From the human T2T-CHM13v2.0 reference genome, Homo sapiens, in the NCBI RefSeq assembly GCF_009914755.1, contig NC_060929.1: a DNA stretch of 64,000 bases; one strand, given 5' to 3'. Both the position numbers and the translations under genes were made by a program. How positions within the stretch are numbered: the first letter of the stretch is position 1; each line of letters opens with the position of its first letter. Positions 44,853-59,470 of this stretch are shown here, piece after piece. Under the pieces are notes generated by a model. That model had not been told where the DNA came from, searched no databases, and saw nothing but the letters and a program-made list of their open reading frames with translations.

Positions 44853-47800
44853 GAGGTGGAGCAAGATGACAAAATAGAAGGCTCCTCTGACACTGCCTGC
44901 TGCCCCACTGACAAAGACACCTATTTAACAATATCTACACAAGAAAAGCACTTTCATGAGAACTAAAAATCAGGTGAGCTCTCACAATATCTGGTTTTAA
45001 CTTTATATTGCTGAAATAAGTATTGAAGAGGTAGAGAAAACAGTCTTGAATTGCTGATACCATCCCTTCCCCAACCCTCAGCAGTGATGGAGTGGTGCGG
45101 ATAGTGTTTCTGGGCACTGGATGAGGGAAAGAACAGCAATTGTGGGGCATTGAACTCAGTACTGTCCTGTTATAGCAGAAAGGAAAACCAGACCAAACTC
45201 AACTGACACCCAACTATGGAGGGAGGATTTAAACCAGCGCTGGCCAGAGGGGAATCACTGATCCCAGGAGTCAGACCTTGAGTTTCTGCAAGCCTCACCA
45301 CAGTGGGATAATGTGCTCTGGAGTTCTAATAAACTTGAAAGGCAGTCTAGGCCACCAGGGCTGCAACTTTTACATGAGTTCTAGTGCTGAACTTGGCCCA
45401 GAGACAGTAGACTTATGGGGGCACGCGATCTACCAAGATGCCAGTGAGGGCAGCTAAAGTAGTGCTGGCATCACTCTTTCTGAAACTCCAAGCTGCGTAG
45501 CTCTCAGCACCAAAAGAGACACCTTCCTTCTGCTTGAGGAGAGGAGAGGAAAGAGTGAGGAGGACTTTGTCTTGCATCTTGGATACCAGCTGAGCCCTGG
45601 CAAAATAGGGCATCAGTCAGAGTCACAATGCCCTCTTTCCAGGACCTAACTCCCAAATGACATCTCTGGACACCCCTAGGCCAGAACGGACCCTGCTGCC
45701 ATGAAGGAAAGGACCCAGTCCTGGCAGGGTTTATCACCTGCTAACTGAAGAGCCCATGGGCTCCGAATAACCAACAGTGATGCCCAGGTACTATGTCGAG
45801 GGCTTTGGGTGAGATTCTCAGACTTGCTGGCTTAAGGTGAGAATTAGCACATCCCCAGCTGTGGTTGCTATGGGGCAATACTCCTTCCCCTTGAGAAAAG
45901 TGAAGTGAAAAGTAAATGGAACATTGACTTGCACCTTAGGTACTAGGTCAGCCACAGAGGAGTAGAGCACCAAATGGGCTCTTGGGGTCCCCAGTTCCAA
46001 GGCTTGGCTTTTGGACAGCATTTCTGGACCTGCTGTGACCCAGAGAGAAACCCAATTCCTTGAAGGGTGAGTCCCAGACCAGGCAGCATTCACTTCATGT
46101 TGACTCAAGAGCTTTTGGACCATGAGGGAACATCAGCAGTCGTCTGGTAGTACTCACCATGGACCTATGGTGGAGGTGTCCATGGGGTGAGACTCCTCTG
46201 CCTTTGGAAAAGAGAGAGAAGAGTGTGAAAGACTGCATCTTGTAGTTTGAGTGCCAGCTCAGCTGTAGTACAAAAAGACACCAGGTAGACTTCTAAGATT
46301 CCTGACTCTATTCCCTGGTTCCAAGATGCCACCTCTGGACTCGCCTGGGGACTGGGGTAACCTGCCACCCTGAAGCAAAGGACACACACAGCCCTGGGTG
46401 GCTTTGCTACCTGCTGATTATAGAGCCCAAGGGCTGTGAGTGAACATAGGTCATAGCCAGGGAGTCATTACAGTAGGCTTGAGGTGAGATTCAGTACTGT
46501 GCTGACTTCACGTGTGACCCAGCATAGTCATAATGGGGTGGCCACAGGGGTTCTTCTGTCACTCCATCTTCTGCTCCGTATGGCTCTGCACAGATAGGAA
46601 GATTTCATTTGTTTGGGAGAAAATAAAAAAAGAGAACAAGAGTCCCTGTGTGCTAATACAGATAATTTTTCTGGATTTTGTCCAAGACCATCAAGGCCGT
46701 ATTTGTACAAGTCTGCAAGAAACACAGTGTTACTGAGCTTGAGGTGCCCCCTAAAGCAAATATGACTTAGATCACAACATCTAAGTCGTTTTCAATATCT
46801 GGAAACCTTCCCAAGAAGGATGGGTAAAAACAAGCCCAGATTGGGAAGGCTATAATAAATGCCTAACTCTTCAGTGCCCAGACACAGATGAACACCTACA
46901 AGTATCAAGATATTTCAAGAAAACATGACCTCACCAAATGAACTAAATGAAGCACTAGGGACCAATCCTGGAGAAACAGATATGGGACCTTTTAGAGAGA
47001 ATTCAAAGTAGTTGTGTTGAGGAAACTCAAAGAAATTCAATATAACAGAGAAGGAATTCAGAATTCTATCAGATAAATTTAACAAACAGATTAAAATAAA
47101 AAGAATCAAACAGAAATTCTGGATCTGAAAAATGCAACTAAAGAATGCTAATACATCAGAGCCTTTGAATAGCAGAATTGGTCAAGCAGAATAAAGAATT
47201 AGTGAGCTTGAATGCAGGCTATTAAAATGTACAGTCAGAGGAGACAAAAGAAAAAAGAATAAAAAACTACAACAAAGCACACTACAGGATCTAGAAAATA
47301 GCCTGAAAGGGGCAAAACTAAGCGTTCTTCACCCTAAAGAGGAGGTAGAGGAAGATACAGGGGTAAGAAGTTTATTTAAAGTGATAATAAAGAAATTCTC
47401 AAACCAAGAGAAAGATATCAATATCCAAGTACAATAAGGTTATAGAACACCAAGCAGATTTAACCCAAAGAAGACAACCTCAAGGCATTTAATAATCCAA
47501 CTCCCAAAGGTCAAGGAAAAAGAGGATCCTAAAAGCAACAAGAGAAAACACACAACATACAACAGAGCTCCAATAGGTGTGGCAGCAGACTTTGCAGTGG
47601 AAACCTTATAGGTCAGGAGAGAGTAGCATAATATATTTAAAGTGCTGAAGGAGGAAAACGTTTGCCCTAGAGTAGGACATCTGGTGAAAATATCCTTCAA
47701 ACATGAAGGCGAAATAAAAACTTTCCCAGACCAAAAAAAAAAAAAAAAAATACAAAGCCAATCTGAGGGATTTCATTAACACCAGACCTGTCCTGCAAGA

Positions 47801-48158
47801 CATGCTAAAGGGAGTGCTTCAGTCAGAAAGTAAATGACATAAATGAGCAATAAGAAATCATCTGGGCTGGGCGCAGTGGCTCATGCCTGTAATCCCAGCA
47901 CTTTGGGAGGCTGAGGCAGGTGGATCACAAGATCAGGAGATCGAGACCATCCTGGGTAACATGATGAAAACCCATCTCTACTAAATGTACAAAAAAAAAT
48001 TAGCCAGGCGTGGAGGCAGGGGCCTGTAGTCCCAGCTGCTCAGGAGACTGAGGCAGGAGAATGGCATGAACCCAGGAGGCAGAGCTTGTGGTGAGGCGAG
48101 ATCATGCCACTGCAAGCACTCCAGCCTGGGCAACAGAGCAAGACTCTGTCTCAAAAAA

Positions 48159-48189
<31 letters not shown>

Positions 48190-51100
48190 GGAAAAAAAGA
48201 AACCGTCTGAAGGTACAAAATTCACTGGTAATAGTAAGTACACAAAAAAACACAAAATATTGTGACACTGTAGCTGTGATGTGTAAACTCTTAGCCTAAG
48301 TAGAAAGACTAAATGATGAACCAATCAAAAAGAATAACTATAACAACTTTTCAAGACATAGTAAAAAGAGATAAATAGAAACAACAAAAAGTTAGAAAGT
48401 GAAGGAATGAAGTTAAGGCATAGAGTCTTTGTTAGTTTTCTTTTTGTTGTTTGTTTATGCAAACAATGTTATCAACTTAAAATAATGGGTTATAAGATAG
48501 CATTCATGAGCCTTATGGTAACCTCAAGCCAAAAAACTTACAACAGATACACAAAAAATGACAGGCAAGAAACTAAATCACAACACCAGAGAAAAATGCC
48601 TTCACTAAAAAGAAGATAAGAAAGATAGAAAGAAGATAATACCTCAAAACAAACAGAAAACAAGTAACAAAATGCCAAGAGTAAGTCATTACTTATCAAT
48701 AATAACATTGAATATACATGGACAAAATTTTCCAATTAAAAAACCTAGAGTAGCTAAATGGATACAAAAAAGAGACCCACTGATCTGTTGCCTTCAATAA
48801 AAATATTTCATCTATAAAGAGAAACATACACTGAAAATAACGGATGGAAAAAGATAAGCCATGTCAATGGAAACTAAAAAAGATTTGAAGTAGCTGTACT
48901 TATATCAGACAAAATAGATTTCAAGACAAAAACTATAAGAAGAGACAAAGAAGGTCACTATATAATGACAAAGGGTTCAACTCAGCAAGAGGATATAACA
49001 ATTATAAATATACATGCACCAAACACTGGAGTACCCAGATATATAAATCAAATATTATTAGATTGAGAGAGAGACAGAGAGAGAGGCCTAAATACAATTA
49101 CAGCTAGAGACTTCAACATCCCACTTTTAGCATTTGACAGATCTTCCAGATAGAAAATCAAGAAACATTGATTTAAGCTGCCCTATAGACCACATGGATT
49201 TAATTGATATTTACAGAATCTTTCATCCAGTGGCTGCAGAATACACATTTTTTTCTTCATTACATGGATCATTTTCAAGGATGGACCATATGTTAGGTCA
49301 TAAAACAAGTATTGAAATATTCAAAAAATTTTAAATACTATCAAGCATCCTCATTGACCAAAACAGAATAAATAATAACAGAAATTAGGGATTTTGAAAA
49401 CTATACAAATACATAAAAATTAAACAATATGCTTCTTAGTGACTAGTGAGTTGGTGAAGAAATTAAGAATGAAATTGAAAAATTTCTTAAAGCAAATGAT
49501 AACAGAAACAAAACCTACCAAAATCTATGGGATACAGCAAAAGCAATACTAAGAAGAAAGTTAATAACTGTAAGTGCCTGTATCAAAACAGAGAAAATCT
49601 TCAAATAAACAATCTAATAATGCATCTAAAAGAATTAGAAAAGCAAGAGCATGTCAAATCCAAAATTAGTAGAAGACAAGAGACAAAAAAGATCAGAGCA
49701 AAAATAAATGAAATTGAAATGCAGACAACAATACAAAAGATCAAGGGAAAAAATGTTGGTTTGTTGAAAAGTTAAACAAAATTGACAAACTTTTAGACGG
49801 AGTAAGAAAAAAAGAGAAAATACAAATAAATAAAATTAGAAATGAAAAAGGAGATGTTACTCTGCTTTATTACTCTCCTTAATTACTGCAGAAATTCTCC
49901 AGAATTACAGTGGAAATTTAAAGAACTGTTAGTGGTTACGAGGCAACTATATGTCACTAGAAGAAATGGACAAATTCCTGGACACATACAACGTACCAAG
50001 ATTTAACCAGGAAAAAAAAGATCAAAACCTGAAAAGACCAATAAAAAGTAATGAGATTAAAACCATTATAAAAAGTCTCTTAGTAGAGAAAAGCCCAGAA
50101 CCTGATTGCTTCACTGCTGAATTCTACCAAACATTTAAAGAAGAACTAATATCAATCCTAATCAAACTATTCAAAAAGTAGAGGAGGAGCAAATACTTTC
50201 AAAATCATTCTACAAGGCCAGAAAGCAAACCCTGAAAGCAAACCAGACAAAGACACATAAAAAATGTATCTAATGAATATTGATGCAAAAATCCTCAATG
50301 AAATACTACCAAAACCAATTGAAAAACACATTTGAAAAATCGTTCATCATGACCAGGTGGGATTTATCCCTGGGATGCAAGGATGGTTCAACATATGCAA
50401 CTCAATCAATGTGATACATCCTATTAATGGAATAAAGAATAAAAACCGTATGATCCTTTCAGTGATGCTGAAAACATTTGATAAAATTTAACATCCCTTC
50501 ATGACAAAAATTCTAAAAAACACTGTGTACAGAAGGAACATACATCAACATAATAAAAGCCATCTATGACAGACCCACAACTAGTACGATACTGAATGGG
50601 AAAAAACTCAAAGCCTTTCCTCTAATACCTGAAACATGACAATGAGGCTTGCTGTTACCACTGTTGTTTAACGTAGTACTGGAAGTCCTAGCTATAGCAG
50701 TCAGATAAGAGAAAGAAACAAAGGACATCAAAATTGGAATGGAAGAAGTAAAATTATCCTTTTTTGCAGATAATATGATTTTATATTTGGAAAAATCTGA
50801 AGACTTGACAAAAAGAACAGATAAACAAATTTAACAAAGTTTCAGACTAAAGAAATCAACATACAAAAACCAGCAGCACTTCTATATGCCAATAATGAAG
50901 TGAACAATCTGAAAAAATAAAAAAGTAATCTAATTTACAACACACACATAAAATAAATACACAGGAATTAACTTAATCAAAGAAGTGAAAGAGCTCTATA
51001 ATGAAAACTGTGAAACACTGATGAAAGAAATTGAAGAGGACACTAAAAAGTTGAAGGATATTTTATGTTCATATATTGGAAGCATGAATATTCTTAAAAT

Positions 51101-52830
51101 GTCCATACTACCCAAAGTGATCCACAGATTCAATGCAATTCCTATCAAAATACCAATGACATTCTTCACAGAAATAGATAAAAGAATCCTAAAATGTATG
51201 TAAAACCGGAAACGACCCAGAATAGCTAAAGCTGTCCTAAGCAAAAAGAACGAAAATGGAGGAATCACATTACCTGACTTCAAATTATATTACAAATAAT
51301 AACCAAAAAAGCCTGGTACTGACATGAAAACAGATACATAGACCAATGAAACAGAGAACTCAGAAACAAATTCAAACACTTTTAGTGAACTTGTTTTCAA
51401 CAAAGGTGCCAAGAACATACTCTGAAGCAAGACAGTCTCTTCAATAAATGGTGTTGGGAAAATTAGATATCCGCATGCAGAAGAATGAAGCTAGGCCCCT
51501 ATCTCTAGCCATATGCAGAAATAAAATCAAAATGGATTAAAGTCTTCAATCTAAGGCCTCAAACTGTGAAACTATTATAAGAAAATGTCAGGGCAACTCT
51601 CCAGGACACTGGTCTAGGCAAAAATGTCTTGAGCAATACCCAAAAGCACAGGAAACCAAAGCCAAAATGGACAAATGGGCTCACATCAAGTTACAAAGCT
51701 TCTTCACAGCAAATGAACCAATCAAGAAAGTGAAGAGACAAGCCATAGAATGGGGCAAAATATTTGCAAACTATCCATCTGACAAGGGGTTAATACAAGG
51801 AGCTGAAACAACTCAATAGGAAAAAAAAATCTAATAATTGAATAAAAAAGCCAAAAAATGTAAATAGTTACTTCTTAAAAGAAGACATACAAATGGCAAA
51901 CAGGCATATAAAAATGTGCTAAACATCATTGATCGTCAGATAAATGCAAATCAAAACTACAATGAGATATCATCTCACCCAGTTAAAATGGCTTATATCC
52001 CCCTAAAACAGGCAAAATGCTGGAGGAGATGTGGAGAAAGGGGAACACTTGTACATTGTTGGTGGGAATGTAAATTAGTACAACCACTATGGAGAACAGT
52101 TTGGAGCTTCCCAAGAAAACTCAAAATTCAGCTACCATATGATCTAGAAATCCCACTACTTGGTATATCCCCAAAAGAGAGGAAATCAGTATATTGAAGA
52201 GATATCTGCACTCCCATGTTCGTTATAGCACTGTTCACAATAGCTAAGATTTAGAAGCAACCTAAGTGTCAGTTGACAGATAAATGGATAAAGAAAATTG
52301 GTACATATACACAATGGAGTATCATTCAGTCATAAAAAAGAATGAGACTGTCATTTGCAACAACGTGGACGGAACTGGAGATTATTACATTAAGTGAAAT
52401 AATCTAGGCACAGAAAGACAATTGTCACATCTTTTCACGTATTTGAGGGATCTAAAAATTAAAGCAGTTGAACTCATGAACATAGAAAGTAAGTAGAAGG
52501 ATGGTTAACAGAAGCTAGGAAGGGAACTGGGGGTGTGGGGGAAGAGGTGAGGATGAATAATGGGTACAAAAATAATAGAAAGAATGAATAAGACCTACCA
52601 TTTGATAGCACAACAGGGTGACTATAGTAAATAATAACTTAATTGTACATTTTAAAATAACTAAAAGAGTATAATTGGATTGTTCTTAACACAAAGGATA
52701 CATGATTGAGAGGATGGATACCCCATTTTTCACAATGTGATTATTATGCATTGCATGCCTGAATCAAAACATTTCATGCACCTCATATATATATACATAA
52801 CTATGTACTCACTAAAATTAAAAATAAAAA
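44853..52830 (+). mobile_element. Full-length L1MA1/2-like element (decayed ORF1/ORF2)
   Basis: 5' GAGGTGGAGCAAGATGAC; 3'UTR TTTGATAGCACAACAGGGTGACTATAG..AAAATTAAAAATAAAAA; possible TSD AAATGGCACTAG (44841-44852) / AAACATCACTGG (52832-52843). Confidence 0.9.
47865..48196 (+). mobile_element. AluY with TSD, inserted in L1MA
   Basis: GAGATCGAGACCATCCTGG, GAATGGCATGAACCC; TSD AAGAAA(TCA/CCG)TCTG at 47852-47864 and 48197-48209. Confidence 0.95.
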
Positions 52831-54271
52831 CAAACATCACTGGTCATTATCTAATAACACTCGTTTTTGAATTACTGCTCTAATCTCTGCCTTGGTCTGC
52901 CCAGGTTCCTTTCTAGTTCACAACTTCAAATTTTTTTTCTCTCCCATTATTTCAATAAGAAGTCAAAGCTCAGATGTCCACAATATTTAACATGACACTA
53001 ATATCCCTTTGGCTCATTCTTTCTTACACAAAATGTGCATCAGGAAAAGGGACAATCTTTATAACATGGCTATTTCATCCTATCCCACAGGCTTCCCTTA
53101 TCTATCTGGGAGAGTGTTGTCTTGGCCTGAATCTTTTAATGCAGAATCAAGACAATTAGTGATGAGAAATGGGAAGATGGCTTTAAATAAAAATTATTAC
53201 CCTGAATATTATTTATTGTCTGTATAGATTAGAAAGTTAATGTCATAGTTTAATGGCTTCATATATGTAAATCTTGTTTCCTAATAAAAATTTTGAGACT
53301 CTCATGAATCCAGTAACTATATTGTTTATTTATTTTCCATCATCCCCAGAACCTGGAATGTTGGATTTGTAACAAGCATTAAAAAATACTTGTTGGCTTT
53401 AAGTATTAAAAAATATTTATTAAAGATATTGTTTTCAGTAGAATGAAAAAAAATTGATCTATACTGAGGGAGATGGTTTATCTCTTGAACTCATGGGATA
53501 CCACATTTAAAATGTTTCAAATGCTGTTTGATTCAGGAATTCCAGAAGGTATTTCTGTGCAAGAGAGAACAAATATCAATTCTTCCTTCTACTTTCACTA
53601 TCCTACCTTTTTTTCTTTACCTGTTTTTTTATAATTTCAATGTCTGAGATGTTTTAAATTTTCCAACATTGCTAGTTTAAAATATGCTTTAAACTATCAG
53701 GAGAGTAGAATAAAATTCAGTATTGTTTACTTTTAGGTGTTTTGCCCATACAAACTCAAATGAGATGGAAACATACTTACTCATTGTGAAAAACCATTAA
53801 AAAATCCCTATTTTTTTTGTTATGAGTATAACTGGAATTTTTCTGTTTTAAGTTGTACTAAATAGTCATTTTGAGTTAACATAAAAAAATGCAATGCTCA
53901 CCCAATGGTTACATCAATGCCCGTTAAACATGTGTGAAGTCCTTTCCTGACTGAGGCATCAGCAGTCTTGGGGTCTGTGACAGATTTGGGTTGTCGTCCT
54001 TTCTGCAGTCATATATTCTTTATAGTCAGCTGGCAGTGAGGGGAAGAATGAAGTTACATCATAAAGGAAGAAAAATGCTAAGCAGACTATGTAAGTTCCA
54101 GATTCCATTTCAAACCATGTGATAATGTAATTCAGGGTCAAAAATACCTGCCCAGAACCTGGAAGAAATACAGGTAGCCTGAAAGAAGATAGCAGTAATA
54201 AACTACTTCCACAGGAGGGACCTCTCAGTTTGTCCTTATATAAAGTTATATGAGAAGTCATCATAGTTGCA

Positions 54272-54313
54272 TTTTGTGGAGGCTGTGTTGTTTTTGTGGA
54301 GGGTGTGTTGTTT
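54272..54313. repeat. ~20-bp tandem duplication
   Basis: TTTGTGGAGG(C/G)TGTGTTGTT twice. Confidence 0.75.
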
Positions 54314-54939
54314 ACACTGTGGTCCGAATCATAATATTATCAGGATGCCTAGAGTTTTATATGTAATAATTCATCAGTATCACTTGAAAATCTCAACATT
54401 CTGGAGCCACTACTCATAAAATGCAAATATCTAGGACAATTTTAGATTATTATTTTTTTACAAGTTCTAGAAGATAATGCTAGCATAAGTGACGTATAGT
54501 TCTCACTAATCCCTATTTGAGCAGGTAGTTTAGGTAACGACACAACTAAAATAATCTTCCATCATTTATTTTTCACCCATTCAACAATTTTTTTGGGTGC
54601 CTACTGTGTGCCACAAAGAGTCAGTCTGTGCGTTGTAGTGAGGTTCCAGCTCATTGTGATTATGTTAAAAATGAGGACAACTATTTTGGTTAGTGATATA
54701 CAAAAGCTAAGTTTTCTCTAATTTTTTCAGAAAGACTTGTTATGTTTTAACATAACACAGCTGCTTAGAAGTGCTCAAAAACTTTTATATTCCTTTAACA
54801 AGCAATTGCTATTAGAAGAAACCAGACTAACTGGTTTCTTAGGCTAAGCAGAAGAGTTGAACAGCTTATAGTGTAGCAGGAAAAAAAAAAAGAATGAAGC
54901 TTGGTGAATTAGAGTCTATAGGCCTATGGGAAGACACAC

Positions 54940-57238
54940 TGTGTTAGTCTGTTTTCATGCTGTTGATAAAGACATACACAAGACTGGGTAACTTATAAAG
55001 AAAAAGAGGTTTAATGGACTCACTGTTCCATGTGGCTGTGGAGGCCTCACAATCATGGTAGAAGGTGAAAGGCATGTTTTATATGGCAGCAGGCAAGAGA
55101 AAAATGAGCACCAAGCAAAAGCAGAAACACCTTATAAAAACATCAGATCTCATGAGACTTACTCACTATCATGTGAACAGTATGAAAAAAAAAACAAACC
55201 ACATGATTCAATTATCTCCCACTTGGTTCCTCCCACAACATGTGGGAATTATGGGAGCCACAATTCAAGATCAGATTTGGGTGGTGACACAGCCAAGCCA
55301 TATCATTCCATCCCCGGACCCTCCAAAATCTCATGTCCTCACATTTCAAAACCAATCATACCTTCTCAACAGTCCCCAAAGTCTTAACTGATTTCAGCAT
55401 TGATACAAAAGTCCACAGTCCAAAGTCTCATCCAAGACAAGGCAAATCTCTTCTGCCTATGAGCCTGTAAAATCAAAAGCAAGTTAGTTACTTCCTAGAT
55501 ATAATGGGGGTACAAGCATTGGGTAAATACAGCCATTCCAAATGGGAGAAATTGGCCAGAACAAAGGGGCTACAGGCCCCAAACATGTCCAAAATCCAGC
55601 AGGACAGTCAAATCTTAAAGCTCCAAAATGATCTCCTTTGATTCCATGTCTTACATCCAGGTCACGCTGATGCAAGAGGTGGGCTCCTATGGCCTTGGGC
55701 AGCTCTGTCCCTGTGGCATTGCAGGGTATAGCCACTCTCCTGGCTGCTTTCACAGGCTGGAGTTGAGTATCTGCAGCTTTTAGAGGCACACAGTGCAAGC
55801 TGTCAGTGGATCTACCATTTGGGGTCTGGAGAATGGTGGTCTTCTTCTCACAGCTCCACTTGCAGTGCCCCATTTGGGACTCTGTGTGGAGGCTTCACCC
55901 CACATTTCCCCTCTGCACTTCCCTAGCAGAGGTTCTCCATGAGGGCTCAGCCCCTACAGCAGAATTCTGCCTGGACATCCAGGCATTTCCATACATCCTG
56001 AAATCTAGGTGGAGGTTCCCAAACCTCAATTCTTGACTTCTAGGCACCCACAGTCTCAAGAACACATGGCAGCTGCCAAGGCTTGGGGCTTGCACCCTCC
56101 AAAGCCACAGCCTGAGATGTACCTTGGCCCCTTTTAGCTAAATCTGGAGTGGCTGTGATGCAGGCCACCAAGTCCCTAGGCTTCACACAACAGAAGGGCC
56201 CTGGGCCCGGCCCACAAAACCTTCTTTTCCTCATAGGTCTCCAAGTTTGTGATGGGAGGGGCTGCCGTGAAGGTCTTTGACATGCCATGGAAACATTTTC
56301 CCCATTGTCTTGGTGATTAACATTCAGCTCCTTGTTATTTATGCAAATTTCTGCATCAGTCTTGAATTTCTCCTCAGAAAATGGGTTTGCTTTTTTATCG
56401 CATCATTAGGCTGCAAATTTTCCAATCTTTTATGCTCTGTTTCCCTTTTAAAACTTAATGTTTTTAACACCACCCGAGTCACCTCTTGAATGCTTTGATT
56501 CTTAGAAATTTCTTCCACCAAATACCCTAAATTATCTCCCGCAAGTTCAATATTCCACAAATCTCTAGGGAAGGGGCAAAATGCTGCCAGTCTCTTTGCT
56601 AAGACATAGCAAGAGTTACCTTTACTCCAGGTCCCAAGAGGTTCCTCATCTCCATCTGCAACCACCTCAGCCTGGATTTCATTGTCCATATCATTATTAG
56701 CATTTTGGTCAAAGCCATTCAACAAGTCTCTAAGGAATTCCAAACTTTCCTACATTTTCCTGCCTTCTTCTGAGCCCTCCAAACTATTTTAACCTCTGCC
56801 TGTTACCCAGTTCCAAAGTTGCTTCCACATTTTCGGGTATCTTTTCAGCAGCACTGCACTCCTGGTACCAATTTACTGCGTTAGTCCATTTTCGCACTGC
56901 TGATAAAGACATACCTGAGACTGGGCAATTTACAAAAGAGAGAGGTTTAATTGACTCACAGTTTCATGTGGCTAGGGAGGCCTCACAATCATGGTGGAAA
57001 GTGAAAGTCATGTCTTACATGGTGGCAGATGAAAGAAGAGTGAGAGCCAAGTGAAAGGAATATTCCCTTATAAAATCATCTGATCATGTGAGACTTATTC
57101 TCTGTCACAAGAACAGTATGGGGGAAACCGCCCCCATGATTCAGTTATCTCCCACTGGGTCCCACCCACAACATGTGGGAATTGTGGGAGCTACAATTCA
57201 AGATGAGATTTGGATGGGGACACAGCCAAATCATATAA
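54940..57238 (-). mobile_element. Complete THE1 (B/C) MaLR provirus: 5'LTR 56877-57238, internal 55306-56876, 3'LTR 54940-55305
   Basis: Two LTRs, THE1 internal sequence, MaLR internal ORF remnant (56339-56743), 5-bp TSD CACAC at 54935-54939 and 57239-57243. Confidence 0.95.
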
Positions 57239-59204
57239 CACACCAAAACAACCAAGGGTACTTCAGAGAGGCATACATCAGGGACAGCCAAGCCATCAAA
57301 GGTAATGTATCAGTTAAAAATGGTATGGTTACTAGGAGGCTTAAATTACATGTGATGAAAAATTTTGCATTTAGATGACAGCACAATAAGATGAACGTAG
57401 TTTTTTCCTTTTTTTGCATCATTTCAGCATATGTACAGTTACCTCAGAATAATTCTGAAATAATGTCTTGTATAAAATATAAAAATGTATTGCATTATGA
57501 CCCCCTCTCCTTTGGCATTTAGCAATGAATGGCTGTGCTTACACTCTACGTCTTTAATTGTAGGGCTGGCAAATGACCTGCCTAATAGTCATGTGACTTA
57601 AGCTAGCAGATGCTGTGGCCAAGAGGTTCAACTTATTATTCAGTGACTTCTTGTCATAGAGAACAGCAAGTTAATAAAGTGTTCAAACGCTGTTTGGACA
57701 CATTTACTATAAAGTATGATGTGAGGGTGATAAAAACATTCCTATTGTAGTACACATGGGCTCTCTATAGACTATTGGGAAATATTTGTTCAGTGTTGCT
57801 TATTTTGGAAATATTCACTTCGGTTAAAAGTTATGTACTTAATCACTGTTGTTTTTAAATTTTTTCCTTCTTGACATACTAAGCCATTAGGCTCAATGAA
57901 GTTTATTTTTAATTTAAGAAAGCAGAAACTTCAAAGAAAAGAGGGTGGGGTTGCATGTGAGTAACAGAGATGGCCAAGTTGATACAAAAAGTAGCAAAAC
58001 AGTGTAGAAAAATATCAACATGTCTTGCATAATAAATCACTGAAAATGTGTCAATAAGAGTGAGGCCATCTTACATAGGTACAAACACAGCTAAAATAAA
58101 TAATATAATAAAATAATATTATTAACAATATGAAAAATCAGTAAATCTTCTAAACCCAACCTATCTCTTAAAAAGAAAACATTATGTGGTAAGGCCTCTA
58201 GTGAATGAAAATTTGTACAAATTACAATAAAAATAAAATATTTCTAGTAGTGAGATATTTTCAGTTCTAAAATTTAGTCATCTGGAATTATTTTTAAAGC
58301 ACCATACTATTAAATCTTTTGAAATAGAGAATATTTTTAATGGGAAATCTGTATGTGATCATAAAGATGGAACACTATGTCCTTGGCCTAGCTGTTCTTG
58401 AATTGTAGGCTTAACATATAGTATAGTGGGATTCCAATAAATTTATTTCAGGCATGAAAGCCTGAAGGAATAAACACATACATGTGAATAGAGGAGGGTA
58501 ACAATGTGATATCCCCTTCTTTCCTAATGAATTCCATATAAGTGATGCCATCAGACTCCTTGTTTTATTATTAGAGTGCTGTGAGAATGGGGTTAGTCAA
58601 TGAAGGCTGTAATTAGCTATTGGCAAATTAGGCTGTATAATAAGATGCAAAAGAGCTCAGTGGCAAGTTTACAAAATAAAACAGTCTGCCAAGGGATAGT
58701 ATGTTGCGTATTTTTTCATTCGTAGAAAAGTCATAGACAAAGATTTATTTTAAAAGATGAGTTCAAGTAAACAGTATTTATAATATTGTCTCATTTTACG
58801 TTGGCAATATGCTCCGATTACATTTTCTTTTCTAGGTTCTGATACTATTATTTTGGTGTTCCTCAAAGGAGCATGTTCCTAACATCAAGGTTAAGTTTAA
58901 CAGATTCTTTTCATTTCAAACTCACTTTTGTGGATTGTTTCATTTTGCGAGCATGAGCTTCTTTAATTTCTGTTTTCTTGTTGAGAGAAACTGAGTTTAT
59001 CATTTCTCACATATCTTCCAGCTTCCTTCTTGAGTTACCAACTATTTGATTCTATTTCATTCTTCTTGGAGATATTCTTTTGGGAACTTCATTTTCTCTT
59101 CTAATTTGAACCCGTTCGAGGCTGATATTCAACTAGTACATAGCAGTACAGCAGCACTCATTTTTAAAATAATACGATATTTCTGTATCAGAAAGAAAGT
59201 TTTT

Positions 59205-59470
59205 TTTAATTAACTTTTATTATAGATTAAAAAGTACACATGTAGTCTTGCTAAATGAGTAAATTCCATGACACTGAGGATTGGGGTCCCAATGATTCCA
59301 TCCCCCAGGTAGTAATCATAGTATCCAAAGGTGGCTCTTCAGACCACTTCTCTCCCTCTCTAATCTAGTGGTCCTAAGTGTCTATTGCTCCCATGTTAAT
59401 GTTCATGTGTATGCAATGTTATCTCCTACTTATAAGTGAGAACATGTGGTATTTGGTTTTCTGTTCTTAT
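59205..59470 (-). mobile_element. Old L1PA (PA15-16-like) 3' end fragment
   Basis: CTCCTACTTATAAGTGAGAACATGTGGTATTTGGTTTTCTGTTC. Confidence 0.8.

Noticed and set aside
55484-56743. 129-aa and 134-aa ORFs as host genes
   Set aside because: Fragments of the known MaLR/THE1 internal ORF.
58000-58200. AT-rich stretch possibly an ancient element or conserved non-coding sequence
   Set aside because: No family or structure could be supported from sequence alone.
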